Source: Gekko japonicus (lineage: Eukaryota). From it: a stretch of 64,000 nt of DNA. Every line of letters starts with the position of its first letter. Position 1 is the first letter of the stretch. Below, in pieces: positions 63,055 through 64,000 of the stretch. The DNA lies in contig NW_015167537.1 of the NCBI RefSeq assembly GCF_001447785.1, forward strand, positions 572,016 to 636,015, read 5' to 3'. A model generated the notes under the pieces. That model saw only the letters and a program-made list of their open reading frames with translations. It had not been told where the DNA came from and did no database searches. A program made the position numbers and the translations under genes.

Positions 63055-64000
63055 AAATCCTTGATCCATTCTGGTTTCGCCCGGGGCATGGGACGGAGAC
63101 TGTGCTGGTTGCCCTTACTGACGACCTCCGTAGACATCTGGATCGAGGCGGTGTGGCGGCGCTGTTGTTGTTAAATATGTCGGCCGCATTTGATACAGTC
63201 GACCAGCAGCTGCTGGCCCACCACCTTGCCGACATAGGGATTCAGGGGCTTGCCCTTCAATGGCTTGTCTCTTTTCTCCAAGGTCGGAGACAGAGGGTTG
63301 GGCTAGGGGAGCAGCAGTCCCGGAGGCACCTGCTTCAATGTTGAGTGCCTCAGGGGGCAGTGCTCTCCCCGATGCTATTTAACATATATATGCGCCCCCT
63401 CGCCCAGATTGTCTGGAGGTATGGGCTTGGGTGTCATCAATATGCCGATGACACCCAGCTCTATCTGAAGTTGGGTGGCCAGTCAGACTCCAATCCAGAA
63501 GATCTTCACCAGGCTTTACAGGCTGGGTGGCTCAGGCTGAGTGGGCTGAAGCTGAACCCGGCGAAGACGGAGGTCCTGTGCTTGGGTCGGGGTGGCATGG
63601 GATTGGGGCTCCCACTCCCGGCCTTCGATGGGGCACCTTTGGTGCCAGCTTCGGAGGTTAGGAGTTTGGGAGTGCTCCTGGACCCCACCTTAACGATGGA
63701 GGCCCAGGTGGCGGCCACTGCCAAAGCAGCCTTCTGTCATCTACGGCTGGTGCGGCAGTTGGTTTCCTTCCTTAGCCACGACGATCTGGCCACAGTGATC
63801 CATGCGACGGTCACCTCAAGGCTAGACTACTATAACGCTCTCTACATGGGGCTGCCTTTGTCGCAAATTCGGCGGCTGCAGCTGGTACAGAATGCGGTGG
63901 CCAGGCTGGTTGTGGGGGTCCCTAAATGGGATCACATCCAGCCTGTACTGAAAGCGCTGCACTGGCTGCCTATAGTGTTCCGGATTTGCTTCAAAGTGCT
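63055..64000 (+). mobile_element. L2 LINE ORF2 (RT) fragment running off the window end
   Basis: FRPGHGTETVLVALTDDLRRHLDRG...SAAFDTVD, VPQGAVLSPMLFNIY, QYADDTQLY, SRLDYYNALY, LHWLP. Confidence 0.92.

Noticed and set aside
36430-64000. Downstream MARCHF3 transmembrane exons
   Set aside because: No matching translation recognised; they presumably lie beyond the window

Overview
Vertebrate genomic DNA from a squamate reptile, most likely a gecko (judged from the repeat set: BovB, Sauria SINE, Squam3-like SINE, 5S-derived SINE, CR1, L2, Penelope remnants). The window lies inside the + strand MARCHF3 (MARCH3, RING-CH E3 ubiquitin ligase) gene. The first coding exon (30620-30863, ATG at 30676) and the RING-CH exon (36225-36429) are present; everything else is intron, and nearly all ORFs in the supplied track are spurious or transposon-derived. 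The introns carry a near full-length but decayed DIRS1-type tyrosine-recombinase retrotransposon (56487-61835), two internally deleted BovB LINEs, CR1/L2/RTE fragments, SINEs and several hAT, Harbinger and TcMar MITE families. The most unusual structures are: (i) a twin hairpin at 40219-40508 with two unrelated stems sharing one duplicated 35-nt loop; (ii) a CCA-bearing tRNA-Lys(CUU) retrocopy with a substitution at m1A58; (iii) a CpG-rich MITE built from about eight consecutive stem-loops, inserted in a CR1; (iv) mosaic hAT MITEs carrying clustered octamer/KLF/ETS motifs; (v) three upstream ATGs in all three frames within 56 nt of the MARCHF3 start. Family names are assigned by recognition, not by database search.
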